From positions 37,088,001-37,152,000 of the forward strand of contig CP068257.2 in NCBI GenBank assembly GCA_009914755.4: DNA of 64,000 bases. Direction: 5' to 3'. Positions within the stretch are counted from its first letter, which is position 1, and each line of letters begins with the position of its first letter. Under the pieces are notes generated by a model. That model was not told the origin of the DNA. It was given only the letters and a program-made list of their open reading frames with translations, and made no database searches. The stretch comes from the human T2T-CHM13v2.0 reference genome, Homo sapiens. Shown piece by piece: positions 1 to 15,850 of the stretch. A program made the translations under genes and the position numbers.

Positions 1-2054
1 CAATTACAGGGAACTTTAACTGGGGCTCTGATTGAATGTGTGTTTCACCCATGCATGGTAGAAATCCCAGCGTTGAAACAAGAGCTCAGGGCTTAGAATT
101 CGCTGACCTGGGTCCAGCTCTCACTCTGCCTGACACCAGTGAGTGAACTTCAGGAAGATAGTGTTCCTTTCTTTTGCTAAATTTTCCTTTCTTTCCCTTT
201 CCTAGAAGTAAAAATGGGCATAATAACAACCTCACATGACTCCCAGGACCATTGTGAAGTTCAAGTGAATGTATGTGTGCATTCAATCATTCCCAGGCTT
301 TTATATGATGACTCTGTCCAGTAAATTCTGTCTCACAGTAACATATTTCAAAATAAATAAAAAGAAGGGCTTATAAGCAAAGACCTATAAAGGTGCCCTA
401 CTGTTACTTGCAGAAAAGCAGTAGATTCCAAGAATAGAGTCTTGAGCCTTCAGTGTTACTACTCTTTTAAATAACATTTGTTTTTTTTCTAATTTACAAA
501 TAAATACACATTTTTCCTAAAGGCAAAATTGAAAAAGAAAAAGAAAAATATCACTCAAAACAAGAGGTAACAATTCTTAACGTTTTTATTTTGTTTTCTA
601 CCAGTCTACATCTATGAAGATACATGCTTTTCTTTCTTATAAAATTTGGACCACAACACATGTGAATCTTTGTTCCCGTTATTAACTATTTCCTTTGGAT
701 GGTTCCCAAGAGTGAAATTACTCCATCAAAGAGTAGTAACTCTTTGAAGGCTCTTCATAAATTCGTCTGCATCTTTTGAGAAAATCTGTACCAATTTAAA
801 ATGCCATAAGTAGGGAATGAGAATACTTATCTTGCAGCAGCCTCCCAAGCACTAAATGTCATTATCTATTCAAAATCTTTGCCAAATTTCATTTATTTGA
901 TTATTATTGATGCGGAATTATTTTTTAAATATCTGATTAGCCATTTGTGTTTCTTATTTTGCACATTGTATTTGTCAGGAAAACTTTGAGCCGCAAGTAA
1001 GAGAAAATATGACTTCCAATGATAGAAACAAAGAATTTTTTAAGAAGTCTGAAGAATTTGGCTTTAAGGGTTGGTCCAGCAGCTCAGCAATGCCAATGAC
1101 AGTTTTTCTGCCAATCTTATAGCCTCTCACACATGTGGGCAAAATGGCTGCTGAAGACCCAGCATCTCATCCTTATTCAAGCCAGAAAGAAGGGAGGAAG
1201 AACAAGGCAGCCATATCTGCCCCCACACACTCCTCACAAAGATTTCTGCTTATGTTCCATTGACCAGAATTATGCAACATGTCTACCCTAGCCACAAAAG
1301 AGCCTGGAAAAGATTATTAGTTTTTCCAGCCTCTATAATGGAGATGGGCAAGAGTGAAGGGGGCTTGAAAATGGATGTTGGGTTACTCAGCAGTCATGGT
1401 CTAGTCATTTGCACATCTTCACCATAAGTTTTTTTCGTGGTGATATTTAAAATACCAGCCAGCCTCCCTGGCAGTCCCTGGAGAAGCATTAGCTATTATT
1501 GAATAAATAAAACTACTGGTGATTATCTTAGTCCATACTACATAGGTTGACCACATGAGAGGCAGCTGGATCACTTGCCTAAGTCTGCATTTTCAAAGCA
1601 GCAGTCTCCATGTGACCCATATACTGATGGGAAACCAGTTTCTTCCTCAGTTCATGACACCTAAATGCATTTGGCATGTTTCTTCACGAAAGCCATCATG
1701 AAAAATTTCTTATATTTCTGCATGTCATACAGATGGGGGAAAATCACATCTTTATTTTGGTTGCACTCTGTCCTCTGGGGCCCTGAAGAGTGAATACCAT
1801 ACATACCACACAGCCTATATATTCTATTGGACCCTCCCAAGCTCACTCTCCAAATTTTATCTGAATTCATCTACAATTATACCTGATGGTACAACTGTTG
1901 AAGAAGTGGAAACTCAATTTCAAACTATATAAATGGATAGAAATACTTTCATATTTTCCTGATTATATATTACTTAATTTTATTAAGGCTGTTCTTTGAA
2001 ATACAGGCATCTTTTTATTTTAAAAAAATTAAGGTAAAATTTATCATTATTTTC

Positions 2055-2295
2055 ATGGTGAGGCAGCACAGCGTTTGGGGAAGAACTACTATCTGGGTTC
2101 CAATCCCGGATTTGCTGTTTCCCATGGGGAACCACGGCAGTTATATAACCTCAGTTATGTCTTAGTATCCTCATTTGTTAAATATGGTAATATCAATAAT
2201 ACCAAAAACATATAATTTATGAGAAGATTAAATAAGATAACTTGCATAAAGCCCTAGCTCAGTGCCTGGTACCTGATCAATAGTTAATGATGAAT
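2055..2295 (+). mobile_element. MIR SINE (ancient tRNA-derived SINE), plus orientation
   Basis: Matches the MIR core and 3' region: '...aatcccggatttgctgtttcc...cctcagtt...tcctcatttgttaaatatgg...gccctagctcagtgcctggtacctgatcaatag'. Confidence 0.55.
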
Positions 2296-2774
2296 TTTTG
2301 TTAGCATTATTAGATTATTGATATGTGTGTGATATATATGTAACATGAGGATGATATACATTAATATTTTTATGTAGCTCATTATTCTTCTGGATTTATT
2401 TCAATGTATATGGGAGAATCTAGTTAAATCTTTTTTCCAAGTACAGTTAATTTTTCTATCACTACTTGTTGAGTAATTCATTCCTTCCCCATCGGTTTGT
2501 GGCATTTTCTTTCTTGTGTATAGTTCTGTTTTTATATACACTAGAATCTATTTGAACACATCTTACCTGATACTATAGAATGTTACAACAGTAACCTGTC
2601 ATTTTAGTTGCTGGTAGAATCATTCATAGTATGCCGAAGACTGCTTAAAAATTTGTAGAACCAAATCAATTTGGATTGTTACTTTAAATTATAACAAAAA
2701 ACAATCCAGAGAAATTCAGAAGTCAAATACAATAAGTGAATTATTTGTTTTTAATCTAGGAGGAAAAGCATTGA

Positions 2775-2985
2775 GAGCTTAGTATGTACTAGGCACAGAA
2801 CTAATAGTCCACCCATTACCCATGTGCAGTTATGCCCACTGTACAGTTGAAGAAGTGGAAACTCAGTTTCAAGTATATAATTGACTGAGTCAAAGAGACT
2901 GAGGTAAGAGAAGCTCATCACACAGTCACAGCAGAGCCGGGACTCAGTCCTAGCAGCCCAGACTCTGAAGGGCTCTGCTAGGTGA
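2775..2985 (-). mobile_element. MIR SINE, minus orientation
   Basis: The reverse complement matches MIR: 'gagagcttagtatgtactaggcacag...cccactgtacagttgaagaagtggaaactcag...gtcacagcagagccgggactcagtcc'. Confidence 0.55.
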
Positions 2986-3084
2986 TCCCTTCACTGATCT
3001 CTGCGTATACGAAGAGTCTCTAAGCATAAACAACATGGAAAAGAATAACAGAGAAATATGTCAGCAGATTGGACTAAATAACAA

Positions 3085-3194
3085 ATATATATATATATAT
3101 ATATATGCCATTTTGCCCACATGCGTGAGAGGCTATGAGATTGGCAGAAAAACTGTCATTGGTATTGTTGAAATATATATATATATGTGTGTGT
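3085..3194. repeat. (TA)n/(TG)n microsatellite interrupted by a 62-bp non-repeat insertion (3108-3170)
   Basis: The sequence reads 'atatatatatatatatatatatat' + 'gccattttgcccacatgcgtgagaggctatgagattggcagaaaaactgtcattggtattgttg' + 'aaatatatatatatatgtgtgtgt'. Confidence 0.9.
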
Positions 3195-3400
3195 CTTAGA
3201 AGTAAATAACATTGGCCTTTTGGCTACAAGCAAGTGTAAAAGCAAATGACAATGTAGGGAAATATCTGTTACAATAAGAAAAAAACTTAGAAATTTATCG
3301 TGGAAACTGATGAAAAAACACTAATGACGTCAAGGGCAGAAACCATAAAAGAAATGATTAACAGACGTGGCTTGATAGTCATTTAAGCTTTTTCTTATCA

Positions 3401-3750
<350 letters not shown>

Positions 3751-4844
3751 TTAACTAACCTGATTAAAATGTACTCCAACAAAGATAATACACACTCAGT
3801 ATCCTTTTTAAATAATTCTTAATAAATTTTGTCAAAACAAAAGACAAGCAATTCAATGTGAATATGAACAGAAATGTGTAAAATTTTTTCACAGAAAGAG
3901 AAATACAAATTGACAATTGACATACAAAAAAAAGTTAAATTTCACTCACTTATAATCAAAGAAATGCAAACAAGGATAATAATGGAATTTGTTTTGGTTT
4001 ATCCAATTGGCAAAGACAATAAACACATAACTCCTAATGTTGATGAAAACATAGAGAATGAAACATTCTCATGTAGACATTCCTTACAAGAATATAAATT
4101 GATATAAGCTTTTTGGAGGGCAAGTTGGCCATGTGTGTCAATGACCACAAGAATTTGCATACATTTTTCCCAGCAATAATAGGATGTTTAAGGAAAAAGT
4201 TTAAAGTTAAAGGAAAAAACTATGGGTATGCATGGTGATTTCTCTTTGCTTTATTTATAATCATTAAATATTAAAACCACCCTAATGTCCAACAATATAG
4301 GATTGCAATGAAGTAAATAAAATATGATATATTTATACAGAGGGGAAACTGATGCTTTAGAAGAATATTTAGTGATATGAAGAAATACCTGACAGTGTGG
4401 AAATCGTCAATATAGTCACAAAATAGAAAATAATGCATTGACTAAAAATGGCATTGTGGAAACTGTGGTAAGATGTTCACAATTTATATTTGAATATAGT
4501 AAGCAACAGATACAGAATTATATGGTATGATCCTATTTGTAAAATAAAATGTACTATATACACATAATTTTGTATATATAAAAAAGTTACTAATTTACTT
4601 ATTTTCTAAGTTTATTCTAAGTTTTCTGTAATAAAATGGGATTCAGTTTCAGGACAAATACTATTAGGTGCAAAACGTCAAGCATTACTTCCTCTTTCTT
4701 GCTAACTAAACCCCAATATTATCCACACAGCCTGAATTGTCCCAGGGCATGAGTAATGACTGGTCTAGGCTTAGAGCGGACATGATTTAAAATAATGCTA
4801 ATTAAACAATTTTCAAGAGAAAAAGCACTTTAAAATTTTTTGAG

Positions 4845-5060
4845 AAATAAGGAAGGTGTCTTTGTCTGCTCAGTCTGCTATGACAAAATACTATGGACAA
4901 GGTGGCTTATAAACAGCAGAAATTTATTTTTCATAGTTGTGGAGGCTGGGAAGTCCAAGATTAAGTTGCCTGTAGATTCAGTGTCTGATGAGGACCCACT
5001 TCCTGGTTATAGACAGATGTCTTCTGCATCTGTCCTTGAAAATGACCCAACTGTCCCATA
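4845..5060 (-). mobile_element. MaLR LTR fragment, MLT1-like
   Basis: The segment 'gacaaggtggcttataaacagcagaaatttatttttcatagttgtggaggctgggaagtccaagattaag' is the reverse complement of the MLT1-type LTR 3' end. Confidence 0.5.
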
Positions 5061-5356
5061 GACAGGTTTTTTGGGGTTTGTTTGTTTGTTTCATTTTGTT
5101 TGATAAACATAGAAATTGACACTTCTAATCTTAAATCTTGAAACTTACAATTGTTTTATCTGAGTTCCTTCCTCAGGGAATGACCTTCATGCCTCTCAAA
5201 AAAAAGTATCACAGATCTGAAACTCACCAGATCACCATATCCTGGCTATGAGATGCTGGACCCCTCATTTATCATGATTGTTTCCTTGCCCCTCCCTAGT
5301 TCCTATTTTCTTACATATTGTTACATTGCTTCCCTGCTATAGAAACCTCTAGTTTT

Positions 5357-5692
<336 letters not shown>

Positions 5693-6370
5693 TCAGGGAG
5701 GAGATGGATTTGAGAGTGAGCTCCCATCTCCTTGGCTGAAGAACTCGACTAAAGCCTTCTTCCTTGGAAATACTCATTGTCTCAGTGATTTGCTTTCTGT
5801 GCCTGAAGCTGCAGGGCCTAGACCCCCTGGTGTTACAGTAACATCCTCACATAGAGGAAGCTGAGGAAGCTCTCTGGGGCCTCTTCTATAGGGGCATTAA
5901 TCTCATCCATGACGGCTCCACCTTCATGACCTAATCACCCTCCAAAGGCCCCACTTCCACACACACCACTTGGAGTTTAGGATTTCTACATATAAATTTT
6001 CGGGAAAGGACAGAAATATTCAGACCGCAGCAGAAGGTCTAAGTATTTTTAAAAGAAAAAGAAAGGAGAAGACAGAGGAAGAAAAGAGGAGAGGAGGAAA
6101 AATAGAAGGAGAAAAAGAAATCAAGAGATGTAAAAAAAAGTCACATTTAATCACACTTGGAATCAGAAAACAACAGAGCCACAGTGACAACCATGTGATT
6201 TAGTGTGGGGGAAAGTGCAGCAAGATTTCCTGTGGGGGGATGTAGCAGCACAACTTTTTAAATAAGCAACTTTTATGGAAAAAAATTTGACTTTACCATT
6301 TTTCGTATATTCTGATTTGGTAATTTCATTCTCGTCATCTGTCCTGAGAAAATAATCTGTGGGCAACGCT

Positions 6371-6715
<345 letters not shown>

Positions 6716-8842
6716 TAAATGTCCAACATGAGGGAAGGGGTCACTCTGATGGGGTTCTATATCCTTCTTCAAACATGATTATCGAGAGATCTAAATAGCA
6801 GGAAAATGTTTGAAATACGATTTTTCAGGAAAAAAAATAAAAAAAATCAACAATGTATAGGGGGGAAAATGTCCAGAAATAAAAGTGGAAGGAAATATGC
6901 CAATGTATAATGAGTTGGCTCAGGAATAGAGAGAAAATATCATTATTATTTTTTTACTACTTGGTATTTGTATGTTTCTAAATTCTGTATAATGAGCATG
7001 CATTTCTTTGAAAACATCAGAATAAAAGTAAATTAAAAGATGTAGTAATAATTATATCAAGAGATCCCTTCTTTGGTAAGAAAATGGGTTGACTTTGCTA
7101 TGCCTGCTAGACATTATGCTGTGGCAGAAGTAATCAACCTGCATTGTATTCTGAGTACTTCCTCCAGAAAACAGCTCTGATAAGCAGTCCAATCTCAGAG
7201 GAAGGTGAAGAAGGGCATCACAAAAGTGTCCTCCAGTATCCCTGTATTTCTGTCTGTTTTTATATCAGCTGCTCCTGCGAAACTCCTATAACAACCACTA
7301 AACCAGCCCCAAAGCTGGTGGAGTCTAGTGAGATATTCATTTCAATGGATTTGAGCTTCTGTTGTTTTAATGTGTATGTCTTGTGTGTCAGTAAGTGAAT
7401 TTCTGTGTAGTAGAATAAATAGATTTTTCCATTTTTTCCTGCAATGCCTGTATATTACTCTAATCGGAAAGATGGGACCACATTTTTAAAAGAATATTGT
7501 TAGAAAATAATTGAAGGGGCTTTAAAAGTAAAGATCAAAAGGGGAAATATTTCTATTTTTTTCTCAAATAAAATGTCAAAAGTGTTTCAGCTTTGAGTTA
7601 GCATTCAACCGTCCTGCAATGCTTTGGAGAGTGAGAAAAGGTGTGGCATATCTCCCAAAACACAAAGAAGAATATATTAATGAATGTATTGTCTGTGGCC
7701 GTTTCATACTACAACACCAGAGTTGTGCAGTTGCTACAGACTGTGTTTGGCTTACAAAGCCAAAAACATTTATTATCTGGCCCTTTGCAGAAAAGGTTTA
7801 CTAAACCCTGGCGTTACATGTCATGACATTAAAAACACTTGAGTTTGCAAAATCTGTCTTAGAGAAGATAGATAAGTTTCTTTCAATAATGCTGCTTTTA
7901 GAAATTCAACCTTAAGCTTTCTTGACAGAAGCACATTGAATCAATTTGGATTGCCTCTGGCTGCAAGGAACAGGAAAGCCAACAGTGGCTTATAGACACA
8001 GGGTGAACTCAGCTCAGGCAGGACAGACTCTCTGGTGCCATCTGGCTGTTTCCAGCTTTTCATCCTTAGCAAGAGGTGCTTGTCTGTGCTTTTGCCTTAA
8101 GGTCACAAGGTGCTGCTGCACCACAGTCCTCAGGCTCACCATCCAGCAGGAAAGAGAAAGAAAAAGATAACTAGAACAAAGGCAGAAAAGCAATTCCTTT
8201 TTATTCTGGAGGGCCTCCCTTTCCTGCGATTTACAGCTTCTTTTGAATGCCCTGTTATGTCGTATGGCTTTTGGAAACAGCAGAGTTGCCTGGGTGAGTT
8301 ATTTTTCTTTAACTAGGCATGTTGAGGCCACAAACCATATGAGGGTTTTGTTAGATAGAAAGGGGACGACATGTACATTGGATGGGCAGCTGATGGTGTC
8401 TGCTGCAAATATATACAGCATCACCACCAAGAAGCCTATGTATTGATACATTGAATGTATCATCTGCTTTCAAATTGTTTTACTGCAAGCAGTAAAATGA
8501 ATGCAAACCCCTAGGTACTGACTAAGCTTGTCCCCTGTCCTGCCTAGTTGTCAGCCCTGTTTCCTAATATGAGGCTGTCCTTTCTAGGGTCCTTTGAACT
8601 CCCTTCATATCTCTCCCAGACAAAAGCTCTAAAGGCGGAGATAAAGCTCCTGGGGCTGGGAGGGCACAGCCACCCGCCCTCAGCAGCACATCTGTTCAGG
8701 GATATGAAGTACCTTCTCCTTGCTATAGAAGCCCCTAGTTTTAGTGGGTCAGTTTACTTTCCCCCATCTCCTCCAAGGACAAATAATTTGTATCTGTAGA
8801 GACTGCCCTTGGCCTTGTCTTCGGTAATCCATACTCTGAGTT

Positions 8843-8878
8843 ATTTGGTGGGGGGAGGGGGGGGCGGGGGGGGGGGCG
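8843..8878 (+). other. G-rich homopurine run (potential G-quadruplex motif)
   Basis: The run reads 'ggtggggggaggggggggcgggggggggggcg'. Confidence 0.8.
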
Positions 8879-11800
8879 CATTCATATCTCATGGCTCCTT
8901 AAAGAAGTTCCAAAATCCAGACACATGACCGACTCCCTGGTCCCTGCAATTTTAACTCATCTAGAAGAACCACTCTTGATTTCTGAATGGTTCCTCCATT
9001 GTACCATAGAATTCTGACAGGTATTTCTTAATTAACCGTTCAAACTTTCTTCCCTGAAGAGTTTAACAGCACAAAAACCCAACAAAATATGCATAATCTT
9101 TAAATAAACTCAACAAAGTCTGCTTCATAAAAGCATTACACTTTCCAAATTCTTTATTCCTTCACCCACTTCTTCAATATTTATGAATTATAGATGTGGA
9201 AGAGGATTTATCATGATAAAGTATCTATATTTCAAACCCACCAGTGATTTACTTCTCAGGGGTGACCAAAAAAGATGCAGATTGATGTGCAACAATTGAA
9301 CACAGGTGGGAGTGTCCACCCTCTGCCACTGTGCTAGTTATGCACGGTGTTGTTCCGTTTCCATTGTCTCTCCAGGAGCCACCTTGAGACTATTTGTTGG
9401 ACATGCTCTTGCTGATTCACTCACTGCCATCATCCAAGGCAGAAGATACTGAGAATCATACAAACAGGGACCCATTCCAGAATTCTAAAGGGCTAAAGCT
9501 GAAAATGACTTTAGTGATTCCCTGAGCAACTTTCTAATTTTAGAGACTAAAACCCCCAAACCCAAAGAGGCTGAGATCCCCGAGCCTCTCCCCCAAGTTT
9601 TAATTGGTATGTTACATTAAACAATGTAATTTGGCTGTGTTCTGTCTCCCTGCATTGGACTAGAATTGGCCTTGAAATGAGTAAATACAAAACGATACTA
9701 TGGTGCATTCACGTGTTCAATATTCTACTAACACAAAGATAATAAAACAGAAAGAAAATAAGATTGAACTAAAATATCCTCCCCCTTTGCCAATTGTGCT
9801 CCCCTCCCACTGCTGCCCGAGTTATAGCCCAGAGCCCAAGATCTCTGTCTGCCAGCTGTCAATGCAAAATTCTTTCCACCCATGGTGGTGTTTGCCATGT
9901 GTAGGCAGGGGCAGTGGGAAAAAGTTTATAGAAACTTTGACTTCCAGTCATCACTTGTAAGTGTTCCATGCACATTCACACAGTCAACCAAAAGCATATG
10001 TTCCGACAAGTTCACACTCTCCCACTGCCCTCCCCGGCATCCTCAGGGTTATGTAGAAGAGACTAGAACAGAAAGCTGTTTCTGGTTTTTGTTTTTGTTT
10101 CTATTTTTATTCTTTATTTTAAAGAAGGTAGTTCTTGGAAGCAATTGGCTAAACTTCTCACCAAAAATTAAGATTAAAAAACACAATGGGTGACCTAAAG
10201 AGGCCAATCAAGTAGTAAGGAAACCAGAAAATGCCAAATAACCAAGCATAGCATTATTCTCAAAGGGGGTGGAAAGTCTATACAGAAATTAAGCCCAAGA
10301 AATACTGAGTTGATTTACAGCTGATCTAACTAATGCATTTCAGAGGGAGGAACAACTCTCCTCCCATGACTATATCTCATGAGTTTGCAATGCATATTAT
10401 AAATGATGCAATGAGAGACGGGATCCATATTTCCTGGTGTTAACTCTTGGAAAAGAATGTGATCATCTAAGGGTTGCAAAGGAGATTCTTTATCTGTGCA
10501 TTAATATCTAAGTTACTGGTGTTTCTGAGGTTGGAAGGCATTTATCTTGTTCAAGCCATTTCTTATTCATCATCATCATTGTCATAATAAAAGTAACATT
10601 TCTTGATTGCCTGCTCTACTTAAAGGCAAATTAGATCTTACTGGAGCAAAGTCTCTCCGGGTCAGGATTGTTGGGCTTGATGCTGTGAACACTCTCCTGG
10701 CTGAGGTCCTAAGCAGATCACTCAGCTGCTACAAATGTTCTACCTTCATCAAACAAGAGCCTAAATTGTGTAGGATTTTTGGCTTTTAGGGTGTGTTTGG
10801 GAACGTATTTTCTTCAACATCTGTTGAACCGGCCACTGTAGATTCATTGAGTACGAGAACAGTCATTCCCCAGGCTCTCCTGTCAGTGTACATCACGTGG
10901 TTTGGCATTTGCACAACAGAGAAATAAGCAAGTTCATTCAAGATGAACTAAGGAATACACTGATTGCACCAGTCACACACCAGAGTTATTGATTTCATCA
11001 CGGTTCATAACTTGTAAGTAACAGTAGCTATAGTAATTGACATCATACTTTATATGCCACAGGTCAATTGCAGAGATGATTTACCTGTGTTCAGTAGCTA
11101 CCCTAGTGATCTCTATCTCCTGGTATTCACATGCAACCTGAACAGGGCTGACTGGTATTGCCAAGAGGATATTGTAGAAATAACTGTGTATGACTTCCAA
11201 GTCTAGCTCACAAAATATATTGCAGGTTCCATTTTGTTCTCTCCTGGATTACTAACTCTGGGGAAACGAAGCCACCATGTTGTCAGGACACTCAAGCAAA
11301 GACAGCCCTTTAGAGAGGTTCACAAAGACAGGACTAGTGGTATCCTGCCACCAGACGAGAGGGCCATATGAATGAGCCATCTTAGAAGCTGAGCCTCCAA
11401 CCTCAGTCAAACTTTCAGAAGACTGCAGCCCTGGCCATTGTGACTGAAATCCCAGGAGATGCCCTGAGCCAGAACTACTCAGCTAAGCCACTTCTGAATT
11501 CCTGATCCACAAAAACTTTCATATAGTAAATGTTTACTGTTGAAATTTGGGATTTTTAAAGGCATCAATGGGTAACCTTGTAACTCATGAGCAATGATAA
11601 CTAACGTCGTAGTTAAAAACAACAGTACAGAGGCAGAAAATTTGAGTTCCATTACACAAAAAGACAAAACAGGCCTAGGGGAAGAATGGAACTGATGTTT
11701 CATGTGAATTTCACTTATGCCCTTGTTTGGTCTAGTCTACTTCTGACAAGCACAAAAACTAAATAAGGAAATTGGGTTTACGGCAGCTAAGTAATAGTCC

Positions 11801-13049
11801 AAGAATCCACAGAAGTAGTGAATGGCAAAGCTCAGATTCAAACACAATTCTGTCTGCTTTCAAATTCCCATGCTCTATCCCTGTATAAAGATAAAAGCTT
11901 CTCCCAAGATCAATGAAATCTGAAATACTCATCATTTATCACTCTATTCATTCCAGAAAAAGTTTACACGTCTATCATCAGAAATAGTGTTTTATGCCAT
12001 ACAAAATGGGCCATTGTATCCACAACACAAGGCACATCAGCCTCAATGTGGTTTGCTGAATGCACATTTCAGTTTGTTTCTGCACCACGTCTTCCTGTGT
12101 GTTCTGAAACAAAAGTGCATTTGGCAAGAATAAGGCAAAAGAAAAATTGCTAATAGTGAAGATATTGCTCCCACCACCATCTTAGATGCACCAGTTAATA
12201 CAAAGTAGATCTGAGACACAAAGCCTACCCAGTCTGGAAGATATGAGACTGTGGTAGGCAGGTCCCAGAGCCGAGAATCAGAAGAAGGGTACTGCTAGGC
12301 AGATTTTGGCAATGGCAGTTTGTGACCAACAGCAATTCCCTGCATTTGTTTTGGCCTCAGTTTTGCCATATGTGAAATGATGGTAATGTACTCACTGGAT
12401 GTTCCCTAAGATCCACTCAGGCATCCTATGTTATACATGCATATGCACAGATGCGCACACAAGGCAGGGACTTGGAGAGGGAGAGAGGGAGAAAAAGAAA
12501 GAAAAGATAATGTAGCTATTTGTTATTTGCCTGCTCAGTATTCATTGCTGCCTCTTTGGGTCATAAGGCCTGATTTGTTTTTATTGCAAAGCCGCCCCTC
12601 TTCCTCTTCTACTCTTAGTCCGTGACCCTGGGTGAGTCTCAACTCAGCTCTAGGAGTGGAGAATGTAACTCAGGCTTGGCCAATGAAAGCACTGGCATTC
12701 TCCACCTTGATGATTAGGTCAGGGATGGATGCATGACCTAAAGGAGTCCTGTTAAAATAAATCTCAGGACATCGGCAGGAGCTACACTTTCCCAGTGAGA
12801 TTGAATCTGGAAGGTTGTTGGCTTTAGTTAGAGTTGCCATAGTCATTTTGCCACCAGTGGTAAAGTCAGTGAAAGAAGAGCCAAGAGACAGAGAGAAACT
12901 AAATCCTGATGACTCACCGGCGTCCCAAGACCAATGATTCTAAGCAGGAATTCTCTTTCAGGCAGTGTTTTGGTTTGGGCTTCTGCACAAGCGGATAATG
13001 AGACAAGATTTCTAGTACAAGTAACTGATTTGGGAGATGATCCCAAGAA

Positions 13050-13590
13050 AACTAATAGGGAAGTGGGGCTGTGAGACAGAGAAGGGAATGAAGCCAATAA
13101 GGGATGATGCGGTAGGCAGAATTTTGGCCCCTAAAAATGTCTGCATCCCAATCCCCGGAATCTGTGACTATGTTAGGTTACAAGTCAAAGGTGAATTAAT
13201 GTTGCAGATGGAATTAAGTTTGCTAATCATCTGACCTTCTGATAGGGAGAATTTCCTGGAATATTGAGGTGGGCCTAATGCAATCACAAGTTCCTTAAAG
13301 GTGGAAGAGGGAGGTCAGAGTCAGAGAGAGATTTGAAGATGCTGTAATACTGGCTTTGAGGATGGAAGACGGAGTCACAAGCCAACGAACGCAGGCGGCC
13401 AGCAAAAGATGGAAAAGACAGGGAAACAAAATCTTCCCTGCAGACTCCAGAAAGGAATGCACCTCGCTGAAACCTTGATCTTAGCCCATTTCTGACCTCT
13501 GAGCTTCATAACCATAAAGTAAGAATATTTTAATCCACTTAGGTTGTGGTAATCTTTCACAGCAGCCATAGGAAACTAACATGAGTGTGT
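13050..13590 (+). mobile_element. MaLR LTR, MLT1-like
   Basis: The internal part reads 'gggcctaatgcaatcacaagttccttaaaggtggaagagggaggtcagagtcagag...'. The end reads '...gatcttagcccatttctgacctctgagcttcataaccataaagtaagaatattttaatccacttaggttgtggtaatctttcacagcagcc'. Confidence 0.5.
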
Positions 13591-13794
13591 TGTCAAGTCA
13601 GTGACTGTATGGGCAGCTGGAGCTCCATCCCGCTGGGAAGCTCTGACAGACAGTGCAGGGCATGCTTCAAAGTGGCTTCAATCCCAGGTGAGAAAGCTGG
13701 GGCATTCGTCTCCCAGCCCACAGTCATCTGTGGTTGAGGGTTGTTTCCAGGCACGCTATCTAGCACTTCCATATTGTCAGAGTGGTATTCATAG

Positions 13795-14258
<464 letters not shown>

Positions 14259-15256
14259 TTATCATTATAATTGGGGGCTTCTACTAGTATTTATTGGCTG
14301 GAGCTGGGTATGTTGAACAACCCACAATATTTGGGATAATTCTGTACCAAGATTTATCTCACCCAACATGCCAGAAGCACCTCCTTAAGAAACACTGGCT
14401 GAGACCAAGCCGCTCTCCTCCTAGGCCATTGCATCAGACTAACCAATGTATTTCCTTCCTCCGTGAGCTGGGTTGGAATGAATTCCTCTTCACTTAGCCC
14501 AAAGAACTTCAAGTGCTACTCGTAGATGACAGAGAGACAGAGATATATGGAGATCTAGGTATTCCTTTCTGTAAAAATGTCCAACAATTGCTTTCAGAAG
14601 AAAAGAGAAAGCCAGCAATCCACAACAGCTTGGACTAGATTCCCATCCATTCTTCACACTTTTTTGCACAGTGTTGAAAGCAACGTAAAATCAGCTCAGC
14701 CCAGTCAGAACATTCTGTCATGAAGTAACAGAGACGCATTCCAAAAAGAAGGAAAAGGGGATTGCAACGTGCTTTTTTACTCCCCAAAGCACATACACCA
14801 TAAGCCGGTAAATGTTCAAAGATCAAAACAAGAGCCAAGCAACCTGCTACCTAAAGCCTGTCCTGCTAATGCCCATGTCAGCAAATGAAGGACAGTGAGG
14901 GAGAAAGACGTTGAGATTTTTAAATGGAAAGGATGGGGGGAAGAAAATACTTTATTTTCTTGCTTTAAAATACTCTGTGGAATTTTTCAGCACCTGTAAC
15001 CTTTAATCAGCCTTCCACTTGAACTCTGGAGTGGAAGAAGCCGTATTATCAACATGCGTTTCAGAAGCAGGTGACCCTGAAGGAGGGATGCAGAGGGGAG
15101 AATCTGGGAAGCTGATGGGACAGGCCCAGGGTGACCCATACATCACTTCTCTCAGGCGCCCACCTTAGCGAATTTCTTAAGATACTTCCTGTATTAGCCT
15201 CCTGGGGCTGCCATGACAAATGACCACAAGCTGAGTGGCTTCAAACACCAAAATGT

Positions 15257-15850
<594 letters not shown>

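Noticed and set aside
1891-2880. ~40-bp direct repeat 'acagttgaagaagtggaaactca(a/g)tttcaa' at 1891-1932 and 2842-2880.
   Set aside because: Both copies are the core of minus-orientation MIR elements (reverse complement of 'cctcagtttcctcatctgtaaaatgg'), so they are independent ancient SINE fragments and not a local duplication.
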